In this document: positions 44,647 through 53,893 of the stretch, one piece after another
Layout: the number at the start of each line of letters is the position of its first letter
Numbering within the stretch: position 1 is the stretch's first letter
Source: Minisyncoccia bacterium
GTDB lineage: Bacteria > Patescibacteriota > Minisyncoccia > Phycocordibacterales > CAJBRS01
Direction: 5' to 3'
Assembly: GCA_038215155.1 (NCBI GenBank)
Contig: JBBQRF010000001.1
Span: forward strand, 54,042-118,041
Length of the DNA: 64,000 nucleotides
Notes under the pieces: model-generated
What the model saw: the letters and a program-made list of their open reading frames with translations, nothing else
What the model was told of the DNA's origin: nothing
Database searches by the model: none
Position numbers and translations under genes: made by a program

Positions 44647-45024
44647 TTATTTTTTGGTCTCTTTCTTACGACCGGTGCCCATGGTTTTCTTCGCTCCTTT
44701 AAGAGTGCGGGCATTGGTCTTGGTTCGCTGCCCCCGCGCTGGTAGTCGTTTAGTATGGCGGCTGCCTCGATAAGACTTAATATCTTTCAATCGTTTAATA
44801 TTGGCTGAAACTTCTCGCTTCAAATCCCCTTCAATTTTAAATTGCTCAATAATGCGGCGAATTTCATTTTCCTGCTCTACCTTCAAGTCCTTGGCTTTAG
44901 CTCCATACTCTATTTTGGCTTGATCTAAAATATCATGAGCTCGAGGACGGCCAATACCATATAGAGTAGTTAGCCCAATCTCAAGTCTTTTATTATCTGG
45001 AATGGTGATACCTAATATACGCAT
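44647..45024 (-). CDS. rpsM: 30S ribosomal protein S13
   Basis: MRILGITIPDNKRLEIGLTTLYGIG ... YRGSRHTKRLPARGQRTKTNART. Confidence 0.95.
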   Translation of the reverse strand: MRILGITIPDNKRLEIGLTTLYGIGRPRAHDILDQAKIEYGAKAKDLKVEQENEIRRIIEQFKIEGDLKREVSANIKRLKDIKSYRGSRHTKRLPARGQRTKTNARTLKGAKKTMGTGRKKETKK

Positions 45025-45029
45025 AATAT

Positions 45030-45146
45030 TTAGCCTTGACGTTGCTTGTGGCGAGGATTCGCCTTACAAATAATATAAACATAGCCCTTTCGGCGGACCA
45101 CCTGGCATTTCGGACACATTTTCTTTACTGATGCTTTTACTTTCAT
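45030..45146 (-). CDS. rpmJ: 50S ribosomal protein L36
   Basis: Too short for the ORF track. My translation is [38 protein letters not shown], a canonical L36 with a CxxC...C...H zinc ribbon. Confidence 0.9.
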   Translation of the reverse strand: MKVKASVKKMCPKCQVVRRKGYVYIICKANPRHKQRQG

Positions 45147-45228
45147 TGGGATTTAAAATTACCGACAAAAAAACAACCCTCATCCTCTTTTTATATTTTT
45201 CTGAAACTAGGACGTGGGCGTGACTTTC

Positions 45229-45450
45229 TTAAAATCTTTTTACTATCCTCCCCCTTCCTCCGTATGGATCAAGCTCAAGTTGAACCTTATCTCCAATTAA
45301 AACTCTGATTCGATTTAGTCTCATCCGACCACCTAGATAAGCTAGAATTTCCTCTTCCTTGTCATCGAGTTTTATTCGAAACAAGGTATTGGGTAAGGCC
45401 TCCGTGACTACTCCTGTAGCCGTTGGCACTTTTTCTTTGCGGTTATCCAT
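45229..45450 (-). CDS. infA: translation initiation factor IF-1
   Basis: 73 aa with an S1-like OB fold: [18 protein letters not shown]...[22 protein letters not shown]. Confidence 0.95.
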   Translation of the reverse strand: MDNRKEKVPTATGVVTEALPNTLFRIKLDDKEEEILAYLGGRMRLNRIRVLIGDKVQLELDPYGGRGRIVKRF

Positions 45451-45487
45451 TAGTTGGTCTGAGTCATCAAATTAAATCAGTTTTCCT

Positions 45488-45517
45488 ATCATAACAGCAA
45501 TCGGCTATACCCGTCAA
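45488..45517 (-). promoter_or_regulatory. candidate promoter of the infA-rpmJ-rpsM... unit
   Basis: On the minus strand: TTGACG (45512-45517), 18 nt, TATGAT (45488-45493), in the 71-nt gap upstream of infA. Confidence 0.4.
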
Positions 45518-45521
45518 GCTA

Positions 45522-46832
45522 TTAAGGGTTTACCGTTTCCACCTTGATACTGGCCGCTTTACTAGGAAACGACCAGCGCCAGAAAGGCTTAAAGACTACC
45601 TCGGCTTTTTTAATGGAGGCGTAGTTGGCGAGGACTGTGGAAAGATCGCTTCGAGATATACCTTTCAGGTCATTTTTTAACTTATCCACATCCACCACTG
45701 ATACAACAGCTAATTGTCCTTCTAATTTGAAACTGAGCTGGTTGGGAGATTTAGGATCATATCCTTTTGGATCTGTGAAATTAAAGGTTAAATTTTCAAT
45801 TCCTGAAAAACTACTGCTAGCTAAGCTAATAGAAAAAGCATTGGCGAGATATTTAGATATTTGATTTTTGTCCAAGACGACAGCATAGGCGGTGGCACTT
45901 TCTTTTACGGTGACTTTTTTGTCCGTACTAGTGCCATTGCCGAGAGGGGTAAAAATAATTGTTAGAGCATTTGGATAGAGGATAAAGTTATCGGGTTTTT
46001 GGCTGTTGGCTTGCGCGAGTATTTCCGCGCGCAAGTTTGATTCAATTTGTGTTTTAGCAACTGCTAAGTCAGCGGCGGAAACAGTCTTGCGCGTACCGAC
46101 GAAGCCACCGGAGAGTGGAGTTTTGGATCGAGCGTAAAAACCCTGGGCCTTTGGAGTGCCTTGAAAACCAGGAATAGTAAAATCTTTTAAACCAACATTA
46201 TATTCTTCTCCGGGTGCATCGGCATAGAGAGTGGCTTCGGCAGTACCTGGAGTAATTTTTCCATTGACCGTAGCTTGTCCTGGGACTGTAACGTCTTTAT
46301 CTATTCTAAATATCAATCCTTCTGGTGTTTTAAAACGCGTGGTGGCTATCAGAGTTTGAGGTTGGCTATTGTAGTTATTGTAAATAATAATATCTCCTGA
46401 CGCCTTGTCGCTTCCTGTTGTATCACCACTGGAAGGCGCTTCTGCTTTCCCCTCTTTCTCCAAAGTAATAACGGCATAAGGCATTGCTCCGTTCGCTGCA
46501 TTTGGATCGCCAATAATAGTTTGATTGACGTTAACGTTCTGACTGTTGGGTGTAACTTTTACATCAGCCCCGGCAAATAGATAAGAAATACCAAAAAATA
46601 AAAATATAATGGCTATTAGCACTAAAGACCATAGACCCGCTCGGCGGGTGCGGTCATTTCTGGGAGCGCTATCGTCGACTGTCCTATTGACCACCGGAGG
46701 GTCGATCGATCTTTCTGGAGCAGGTGCGGGCGCCGGAGAAACCTCCGCTTTTACTCTTCGCGGCGCAGATAAAGGAATATCTCGAATGGATCTTCTTTGA
46801 GGTGGAGTAATGTCTTGAAATTGATTAGCCAT
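45522..46832 (-). CDS. hypothetical single-pass membrane protein with a large extracytoplasmic domain
   Basis: 436 aa: a Pro/Arg-rich cytoplasmic N-terminus, one TM segment (LWSLVLIAIIFLFFGISYLFAG), and a beta-rich remainder. No family recognised. Confidence 0.55.
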   Translation of the reverse strand: MANQFQDITPPQRRSIRDIPLSAPRRVKAEVSPAPAPAPERSIDPPVVNRTVDDSAPRNDRTRRAGLWSLVLIAIIFLFFGISYLFAGADVKVTPNSQNVNVNQTIIGDPNAANGAMPYAVITLEKEGKAEAPSSGDTTGSDKASGDIIIYNNYNSQPQTLIATTRFKTPEGLIFRIDKDVTVPGQATVNGKITPGTAEATLYADAPGEEYNVGLKDFTIPGFQGTPKAQGFYARSKTPLSGGFVGTRKTVSAADLAVAKTQIESNLRAEILAQANSQKPDNFILYPNALTIIFTPLGNGTSTDKKVTVKESATAYAVVLDKNQISKYLANAFSISLASSSFSGIENLTFNFTDPKGYDPKSPNQLSFKLEGQLAVVSVVDVDKLKNDLKGISRSDLSTVLANYASIKKAEVVFKPFWRWSFPSKAASIKVETVNP

Positions 46833-46845
46833 AACTTATTTAATA

Positions 46846-48009
46846 TTAACCTAACTTGTTCGGCTTAAAAAGGGTTTGCTGCACAAAAATGCCAATACTC
46901 GCTAAGGACGAATCGAGTTGTTTTTTATTAAAATCGATGAATTCTACGAAATCCAGGGCGGAAACGACCCGTACATTACTTGAATTCGCCCCAAAAGAAA
47001 ATTGACTGAGATCTTCTCGTTTAAAGATGTTGGAGAAAAGGGACTCCATTTGGTTTTGGCTAATAAGATACGATGAAGTCGGCAAAGAAACCCCTCCCGA
47101 AAGTACCGTAAGGGCAGAGGTTAAGTTTTGCTGCCATTCTTTTTCAAATTCAGAAATAATTTTTACGATTTTCTCATTTATACCTTTTTCTACATTTCCT
47201 TGTTTGTAAAGTTTTATTAAAGAGGCGGCCACTGCTGGGCTAACTCTCATATCACCTTGCATTAGATCTAATAACTTTGAAAAACCGATGGGTACCGAAA
47301 TGGTCTCGTGCAAAACATTTTTCTTTATTAGTGAAATTTCCGTCACTAACCCCGTAACGTTTAACAATAGAAAGTCATTTGCTTCTTTTAAAACGTCGCG
47401 AATGGCTACAAAAGAAACGAGTGCCAGGGTGTTGATGTGGACTCGCTGATATGGCAGGTGGGTTGAAATATTTTTTTGAAGAGCATTTATAAATCTTTTC
47501 TCGCCAAAACTTTGGACGACAGAAATATTTATGGTGTTTGCTTTCTTATTTAACGGCGCAGCGGTAACATATCCATTCAAGGAAATATCAATTATTTTAT
47601 TTTCCAATAATACGAGTTCCTCTGGATAATTTTTAAGGTTCTCTTTTTCACCGTTTGACAGCAGACTTTCAATTGTCTCTTCTTTTACGGTAAGGGGCTG
47701 TTCCGATGTCGTCTTAAAGGTCTTAGTCCAAGAATGATACCAGGGTGAAGCCACCACAACGAAAATATCGCTTATTTTGTGAGGATCAAGTTGATTCTCC
47801 TGGAGGTGTTTAGCCATTTTCTGGGTAATCTTGTCCAGGCGACGCAGGATTGCGCCCTCAAGCTCCACCTTTCCGAGGTTGGAATCGGCCGTCAGCTCTT
47901 CTATTTCTATATTTAATATTTTAGGAACTTCTAAATAAGGATAAGTTACTAAGGCACTTTTCACTAAACTGTCGCCAATATAAAAGAGAAGAGCGTGCCT
48001 ATCATTCAT
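46846..48009 (-). CDS. hypothetical protein, possibly actin-like (FtsA/PilM-type ASKHA fold)
   Basis: 387 aa. The N-terminal LLFYIGDSLVKSALV and mid-protein LLLNVTGLVTEISLIKKN...SVPIG loosely resemble the phosphate-1/-2 motifs of FtsA/PilM. This similarity is weak. Confidence 0.45.
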   Translation of the reverse strand: MNDRHALLFYIGDSLVKSALVTYPYLEVPKILNIEIEELTADSNLGKVELEGAILRRLDKITQKMAKHLQENQLDPHKISDIFVVVASPWYHSWTKTFKTTSEQPLTVKEETIESLLSNGEKENLKNYPEELVLLENKIIDISLNGYVTAAPLNKKANTINISVVQSFGEKRFINALQKNISTHLPYQRVHINTLALVSFVAIRDVLKEANDFLLLNVTGLVTEISLIKKNVLHETISVPIGFSKLLDLMQGDMRVSPAVAASLIKLYKQGNVEKGINEKIVKIISEFEKEWQQNLTSALTVLSGGVSLPTSSYLISQNQMESLFSNIFKREDLSQFSFGANSSNVRVVSALDFVEFIDFNKKQLDSSLASIGIFVQQTLFKPNKLG

Positions 48010-48035
48010 GAGAGTATTATAAACTGCTTAAATTA

Positions 48036-49805
48036 TTAATCCAAGACGGCCTTGATACGGCGCACTCCAGCAGAAACTGCTTCTTCTTTTATAATTTTAA
48101 AATGGCCAAGAACGCCTGTCTCGTTCACGTGTGGTCCTCCACAAAATTCGCGACTAAAGTAGCCGGTGTTTTCGTTGCCAATAGAATAAACTTTTACCGT
48201 TTGGTCATATTTTTCTCCAAAAGCGTGAACGGCGCCGGTTTTTAAAGCCTCTTCCTTAGACATTTCCGTGAAAGAAACTGGTAAATTGGCTTTTATTTTT
48301 TCGTTTACTAGGTTCTCTATTTTTTGTTTTTGCTCCTCTGTTAGTTTTCCTTGATGAGCAAAATCGAAACGTAATCGTTCGGGAGTAATATTACTTCCCT
48401 TTTGCACTATGCCATTTCCTAGCACTTCTCGGAGAGCGGCGTTTAAAAGATGCGTTGCCGTGTGATATTTTAATGATTTTTCGCTAGTGTCGGCGAGGCC
48501 GCCCTTAAATTTTTGGGCGGCGCCTTGGCGAGAAAGTGCTTGATGTTTTTCTAAGGCACTTTTAAAACCAGCGCTGTCGACTGTTAGACCCTTTTCTTTG
48601 GCTAACTCTTCAATCATCTCTAGCGGAAAACCAAAACTGGAGAAAAGAATAAAAGCTTCTTCTGCGGAGATGTGAGTAGTAGTTAGTTTTTCAAATTCGC
48701 GGAGACCCCTTTCCAGGGTATGACGAAATTTCTGCTCCTCCTTATCAATCTCACTTTTAATTAATTCTGCGACGGCTTTTACTTCAGGATAAATATCTTG
48801 ATACATTTCGATTGCAGTTTGGCTAATCCATAAGAGCGAGCCATGCTTCATGGCGAGTTTGTCCGCCTGAAGCATGGCTCGCCGAATTAATCTTCGTAAA
48901 ACATATCCTCGATCGGTGTTAGAGGGCGTGATTCCGTCAGCGATAATAAAAACTGAAGTGCGCAAATGATCTGCCAATATTCTTTTGGCTCTTTCATTAT
49001 CAAGTGTGGTGAATTCATTAATTTTATTTAAAATCGGAAGAAATAAATCGGTAGCAAAAATATTATCAGTTTTTTGAATGACAGTAGCTAATCGTTCCAG
49101 CCCCGCTCCCGTGTCAACGTTTTGCTGACTAAGCTTCCCTACCACCTTTCCATCCTTTTTTAAAAATTGCATAAAAACGTCATTCCAAACCTCAATGATC
49201 TGTTGATCTTTGTCCGCCTTCTGAAATTCTTCCATAGTTAAAATTCCCAGACCTTTCTCTGAAATATCGTAAAACATTTCCGTGTCAGGACCACACGGAC
49301 CATTATCTCCCACGCTCCACCAGTTTGTTTCAGCGCCCATATAATAAATGCGCTCTGCCGGCACTCCCGTATTCTTCCAAATTTCATATGACTCTGTGTC
49401 TTTGGGGGCATTTTCATCTCCTTCAAAAACGGTTATATAAAGTCTCTCTGGATCGAGTGCTAGTCCTTCTTCCTTTGAAGTGAGAAATTCATAGCTCCAT
49501 TTTATCGCGTCTTCTTTAAAGTAATCTCCAAGAGACCAATTACCGAGCATTTCAAAGAAAGTGTCGTGAGTATTATCTCCTACTTCTTCAATATCCTGAG
49601 TGCGCACACACTTTTGAACATTTACTAAACGCTTACCCCTAGGATGTTTTTCACCTAAAAGATATGGCACTAGAGGCTGCATACCCGCCGTGTTAAAGAG
49701 GACTGTAGGATCATTTTCCGGCACCAAAAGTGCGGAAGGCAATATTTTATGTCCCCGTTTTTCGAAAAATTTTAGGAATCGCTCGCGAATTTCAGTGGAT
49801 GTCAT
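48036..49805 (-). CDS. alaS: alanine--tRNA ligase (lacking the C-Ala domain)
   Basis: FFEKRGH, class-II catalytic core, and editing-domain HxxxH (HTATHLL) and CxxxH (CGGPHV). It ends right after AGVRRIKAV. Confidence 0.9.
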   Translation of the reverse strand: MTSTEIRERFLKFFEKRGHKILPSALLVPENDPTVLFNTAGMQPLVPYLLGEKHPRGKRLVNVQKCVRTQDIEEVGDNTHDTFFEMLGNWSLGDYFKEDAIKWSYEFLTSKEEGLALDPERLYITVFEGDENAPKDTESYEIWKNTGVPAERIYYMGAETNWWSVGDNGPCGPDTEMFYDISEKGLGILTMEEFQKADKDQQIIEVWNDVFMQFLKKDGKVVGKLSQQNVDTGAGLERLATVIQKTDNIFATDLFLPILNKINEFTTLDNERAKRILADHLRTSVFIIADGITPSNTDRGYVLRRLIRRAMLQADKLAMKHGSLLWISQTAIEMYQDIYPEVKAVAELIKSEIDKEEQKFRHTLERGLREFEKLTTTHISAEEAFILFSSFGFPLEMIEELAKEKGLTVDSAGFKSALEKHQALSRQGAAQKFKGGLADTSEKSLKYHTATHLLNAALREVLGNGIVQKGSNITPERLRFDFAHQGKLTEEQKQKIENLVNEKIKANLPVSFTEMSKEEALKTGAVHAFGEKYDQTVKVYSIGNENTGYFSREFCGGPHVNETGVLGHFKIIKEEAVSAGVRRIKAVLD

Positions 49806-49807
49806 AA

Positions 49808-51043
49808 TTAAAAATTATATTGACCATTCCGGTAAATAACTTTTTGTTTACCGTTCTTTAAGTAAGCCGTGATGATGCGAGGGGTAGTGGTAATTATATC
49901 AGTATGAACAGAGGAACTATTGAAACCTAGCCTTTTCCAGTCAGTTTTGGTGTTTTTGGTGGAATTGCCGGAAAAACAATCGTGATAAGCATTGCCTAAA
50001 GCTAGATGGCTGTTACCATTTGGTCCACCAATATTTTCATCATAAAGGGTTTCGGCCATAAATTTACTAATGCGGGAAAAGCGCTTGTCTGTCATAGAAA
50101 ACTCTCCTATTTTATTGGCGTTTTTAGTGGCAATCATTTGCTTTAATAATTTTTCATTTTTCTTAGCTTTACTTTTTACCACTACTCCATTTTCAAACTC
50201 TAATTCAATACCGGTAATTAAGTTGCCGTATCGGTAAAGCGGCTGATTAAATTTAATCCAGCCATTCGTCCCTCTCCAATCAGGAGAAGTGAATAATTCA
50301 AAGCTGGGAATGTTTCGGCCACTCCCTCCATTCCATCGTCGTTTTTCGCCGATCTTAACCCACAAATCAACATCCTTTCCCAGAACGTGGAGGCGATCGA
50401 TTTCTAGCTTATTGAGTCTTTGACGGTATCGCTCTAAATCTTTAAATACCTCCTTCCATTTTTTGACTGGGTTTTTTTGATCAAGAAAGCAGGCGTTTAT
50501 AATTTCTTGCCAGTATTCTTCTAATGTGAGACCCGCTTCTTTTGCCATTGCTTCAGTACCATAGAGACCAATGGTCCAGGTAAATTTTCCTTTATTTTCT
50601 TTCTCGACAAACCACTCCGAGATTTTTTTTCTATATTCTCCGGCGCGCATGATTTTTTTCGGATCAACTGATGACAGAGCCTTCTTGTCGGTGTTGGCCA
50701 ATATGTGGACATTGTGATCAATTAGCTTTACAAATTCCCTCATAAATTTAGTAGGGGAAAACCGCAGCTGATGTTCCTCGGCGTAATGATAAAAATGATG
50801 TTCGAAACGATTGTCTTCATCGTTTGTGGCAATAAATTGATGGCGAACATGACCACCTTTTTTCCAAACCGCTTTGCATAGCTCTATATATAGAGGTTTC
50901 GCCGCTTCTTGCACTGATAATTGAACTACGTCTCCTTTTTTTATTCCCTTTCCGCTTCCTAAGGCAAAATTAATTAAAACATCTGCATACTTCTCCAAGA
51001 TTTTTTTCGGCGGAACATATTTACTAGATTTTTTATTAGCCAT
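49808..51043 (-). CDS. M29-family aminopeptidase (AmpS/PepS-like)
   Basis: 411 aa. The N-terminal LEKYADVLINFALG...KKGDVV and overall length resemble thermophilic-metalloprotease M29 proteins. Call made from memory. Confidence 0.7.
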   Translation of the reverse strand: MANKKSSKYVPPKKILEKYADVLINFALGSGKGIKKGDVVQLSVQEAAKPLYIELCKAVWKKGGHVRHQFIATNDEDNRFEHHFYHYAEEHQLRFSPTKFMREFVKLIDHNVHILANTDKKALSSVDPKKIMRAGEYRKKISEWFVEKENKGKFTWTIGLYGTEAMAKEAGLTLEEYWQEIINACFLDQKNPVKKWKEVFKDLERYRQRLNKLEIDRLHVLGKDVDLWVKIGEKRRWNGGSGRNIPSFELFTSPDWRGTNGWIKFNQPLYRYGNLITGIELEFENGVVVKSKAKKNEKLLKQMIATKNANKIGEFSMTDKRFSRISKFMAETLYDENIGGPNGNSHLALGNAYHDCFSGNSTKNTKTDWKRLGFNSSSVHTDIITTTPRIITAYLKNGKQKVIYRNGQYNF

Positions 51044-51638
51044 ATTTTTTCAAAATCTTAAAATCTTCTTTAAGCACTTCTTTTAGTGATTGGTTATAGA
51101 TAGAGGCGGCGGGATGGTATAGCGGTATGATGTTTATCTTGCCATAAGAAGTCACGGCCTCAAAATTTTTTCCATGCATTTGATTGATCGGCAAAAGTTC
51201 AGACTGGAGACTAAATTTATTCATAATATAAATCATGGAAAATCGACCGAGAGTGGCAATTACCCTTGGCTGAATAATATTAATTTGCCTATCTAGAAAT
51301 GGGCCATAAATTTCAATTTCCTCTGGCTGTGGATCGCGATTTTCTGGAGGGCGGTCCTTTACAATATTGGTAATGTAAACCTCCTCACGTTTCAGGCCTA
51401 TTTCTTCCAGCAGTTTGGTGAGGATTTTGCCGGACGCCCCGACAAAGGGGCGTCCACTCGCCGCCTCCGCCTTTCCTGGTGCCTCGCCAATAAACATAAT
51501 GGCGGCGTCATGATTTCCCTCACCTATCACGGGAAATACTTTATTTTTTATTCGCTCGGAATATAAAGGAGATTTATCTAAAGCCATGACTTCCTCTTTA
51601 ATTTTTTTTAAACCGTCGTCTTTAGCATTTAGGTTCAT
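51036..51638 (-). CDS. uracil-DNA glycosylase, family 4-like
   Basis: FIGEAPGKAEAASGRPFVGASGKIL (GEAPG motif) and C-terminal HPAA. It contains no Cys, so it cannot carry an Fe-S cluster. Confidence 0.8.
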   Translation of the reverse strand: MNLNAKDDGLKKIKEEVMALDKSPLYSERIKNKVFPVIGEGNHDAAIMFIGEAPGKAEAASGRPFVGASGKILTKLLEEIGLKREEVYITNIVKDRPPENRDPQPEEIEIYGPFLDRQINIIQPRVIATLGRFSMIYIMNKFSLQSELLPINQMHGKNFEAVTSYGKINIIPLYHPAASIYNQSLKEVLKEDFKILKKYG

Positions 51639-51642
51639 ATTT

Positions 51643-52248
51643 TTAAATTAGGGTCGCAAAAGAAAATCCGGGGAACTCTTCCTCTTCTAATTCCCCATCT
51701 TCGTTTTTGTAAATTTTAAAAAGAGACTCTTCTATTGGAATTACCATCGTTCCACCCACGCGCAAGCGATCAGCTATTTCTAGCGGTAGTTCTTCAGCTG
51801 TTGCCGAAACTAAAATTTTATCGAATTGGATAGTGTCGTCGTCATCTTCGGTGTTTATGATACTGGCCTGATGATATTTATAGCTAGCCAAATTTTCTTG
51901 ACCTAATTTCACTAATTCCGGAACAATCTCCAATCCTAAGACACTGCCCTCCGCTCCCACCATATTAGCCATAAGTGCTGTGGTCCAGCCGGAACCTGCT
52001 CCAATATCTAAAACTTCTTCATTTTTCTTGACATCTAAAAGTTCTAGCATGAAAGCCACAATGGTGGGCTGATTAATGGTTTGTCCGTAGCCAATGGGTA
52101 ATGCGTAGTCCTCATAAGCTTCGACCTTATAATCTTCTGCCACAAAATCTGCCCGATCTATTTCTTTAAATGCTCGACTAAGAAGCGGTAGTTCTAAAAC
52201 TTTAATATCACTTCTTAAATGTTCGTATAAATCTTCCCGACTATTCAT
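51643..52248 (-). CDS. pcm: protein-L-isoaspartate O-methyltransferase
   Basis: Start trimmed to MNSREDLY (52248), 1 nt after the upstream stop. GQTINQPTIVAFMLELL and VLDIGAGSGWTTALMA motifs. Confidence 0.85.
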   Translation of the reverse strand: MNSREDLYEHLRSDIKVLELPLLSRAFKEIDRADFVAEDYKVEAYEDYALPIGYGQTINQPTIVAFMLELLDVKKNEEVLDIGAGSGWTTALMANMVGAEGSVLGLEIVPELVKLGQENLASYKYHQASIINTEDDDDTIQFDKILVSATAEELPLEIADRLRVGGTMVIPIEESLFKIYKNEDGELEEEEFPGFSFATLI

Positions 52249-52249
52249 A

Positions 52250-53047
52250 TTAAAATAAACTGGCCTCTTTTGACTCCTGGCTCTCTTTAATTTTAGCCTG
52301 GAATGCCGCAGCGGCCTGGTTGCGATATAGGCAATATCCACAGTCATCATCTGGCTGAGGGGATTTTTCGGATAAAAGTGTAGCTTTAATGTCGTGTAAA
52401 ATTTTCTCGATCCACTTATCAGATCCTTCATACGGAATTAATTTCAGGTCAAATTCTAGCTTTGCATCAAATGCCTTGGCATCGACTTTGCCGTTTACGT
52501 ATACAAAATATGCGGTATTAGAAACCTCAAAACCATTTTGCCTAAATAACCATTGATAGACTTCTACTTGACGCTTGTATCCATCTTGCCACTCTGCATC
52601 AAGATTCACTTCACCTTCCTTGGCTGTCGCTTTATAATCAACAATTAACAATTCTTTATCTGGAGTAATCCAGACGTCATCAATTCCACCTCTGACAAAT
52701 AAATTAGTGGCGGGGTGGAGAAAACCGATACCGCGCGTGAAGGCATCTCGCCATTCTTCCATTTTCTCATGAGGGAAGGGCACTGCATCAAGGCCGTATT
52801 TCTCTACCAAAGGATGTTTAGTACCGTCCGCTCTATGTATATCGAATTCCTTTTTTAAAAGTCTGTCCACTGCAGAATTAAGAGTGAAGGGAAAAGGACG
52901 CGGTCGAGGAACGCCTAAGCGTTGCTCTAAATAAAAACAGCGCGGGCATTCCATGAATAAATCAATCTTAGAACGACTGATTCTGAAGGGTTCACTAGAG
53001 GATGGGTTAAAAAGTTGGCGCTTTTTTTCTTTATTATAGTGACTCAT
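52250..53047 (-). CDS. PD-(D/E)XK nuclease, RecB/Cas4-like with a CxxC...CxxC cluster
   Basis: GGIDDVW ... LIVDYKAT ... QVEVYQWL (D / D-x-K / QxxxY). N-terminal CPRC and C-terminal CGYC. Confidence 0.7.
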   Translation of the reverse strand: MSHYNKEKKRQLFNPSSSEPFRISRSKIDLFMECPRCFYLEQRLGVPRPRPFPFTLNSAVDRLLKKEFDIHRADGTKHPLVEKYGLDAVPFPHEKMEEWRDAFTRGIGFLHPATNLFVRGGIDDVWITPDKELLIVDYKATAKEGEVNLDAEWQDGYKRQVEVYQWLFRQNGFEVSNTAYFVYVNGKVDAKAFDAKLEFDLKLIPYEGSDKWIEKILHDIKATLLSEKSPQPDDDCGYCLYRNQAAAAFQAKIKESQESKEASLF

Positions 53048-53886
53048 TCGGCTGAGTATAACATGTTTATTTCCTCTAAAATATTACCTAATCTTGCTCC
53101 TTTTATTCCCATCATTTCGAGCCGCTGAGGGTCCTTTCTTAGGTCTTTACAGAGTACCGTTCCTTTAGAAATTAGCTGATTCTTCTCATCGTGAGTCACT
53201 GTGGTAAGACAAGTAATGGGATGTAAATCGCCGTCCTCAATCAATTGTTGAAGATTGCCTTTTTTTGGATAATTCCAGGCAACCATTTTTAATCCCTGAC
53301 ACTCACCGTAGTGAATGGCCGTCTCCGTGAATTTCGTGTTAGTTATAAGCCAACCTTCATCCAGATGCCGATCTTTTCCGTAATGAAAAAGGTTTGCCTT
53401 TAAATCATCGAATCGAGCTTTTACGTATAGGGCCACTTTTACATCCGTTTTGGGAGAAGTTTCATTATGAAATTTTATCTCAGACATAATCAGTTTTTCA
53501 TTGTTCCAAGCGACAACATCCACTTCATGCGGTACGCAACCTCCTAAAACTACTTGATCGGTTAAGGTCTCATATCCGCGAGACTTAAATATTTCGGCAA
53601 TATATCTCTCAAAAGGAAACCCGGTAGGCCCAAGATCGGCAATGGCTTTCTTCATGGAATAACGCACCGCCACCGGACGTCGTAATTTTTTCAGAAATTG
53701 AAAGGCGTGTTCATAAATAGACCGCGTGGTCATGCCGGCTTTTAGTTCTCCCTCAATCTGAGCAAAAACTTGGTCGACTAGCTCTGGAGAAGCCCCGGCC
53801 TCCTTTAATGAAGAGATTAATTTTCGAGGATCAAAGATTTCTCTTTCTCCATTGTTCTTAATAATTTCGATGCCGGTTTTATTCAT
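53044..53886 (-). CDS. ATP-cone domain fused to a PD-(D/E)XK (Mrr-like) endonuclease domain
   Basis: N-terminal ATP-cone (IIKNNGEREIFDPRKLISSL). C-terminal EVDVVA...MSEIKF (D...E-x-K). I prefer the start at MNKTGIE (53886); the track start is 53916. ATGA overlap with the downstream nuclease gene. Confidence 0.65.
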   Translation of the reverse strand: MNKTGIEIIKNNGEREIFDPRKLISSLKEAGASPELVDQVFAQIEGELKAGMTTRSIYEHAFQFLKKLRRPVAVRYSMKKAIADLGPTGFPFERYIAEIFKSRGYETLTDQVVLGGCVPHEVDVVAWNNEKLIMSEIKFHNETSPKTDVKVALYVKARFDDLKANLFHYGKDRHLDEGWLITNTKFTETAIHYGECQGLKMVAWNYPKKGNLQQLIEDGDLHPITCLTTVTHDEKNQLISKGTVLCKDLRKDPQRLEMMGIKGARLGNILEEINMLYSAE

Positions 53887-53893
53887 TTGATTA

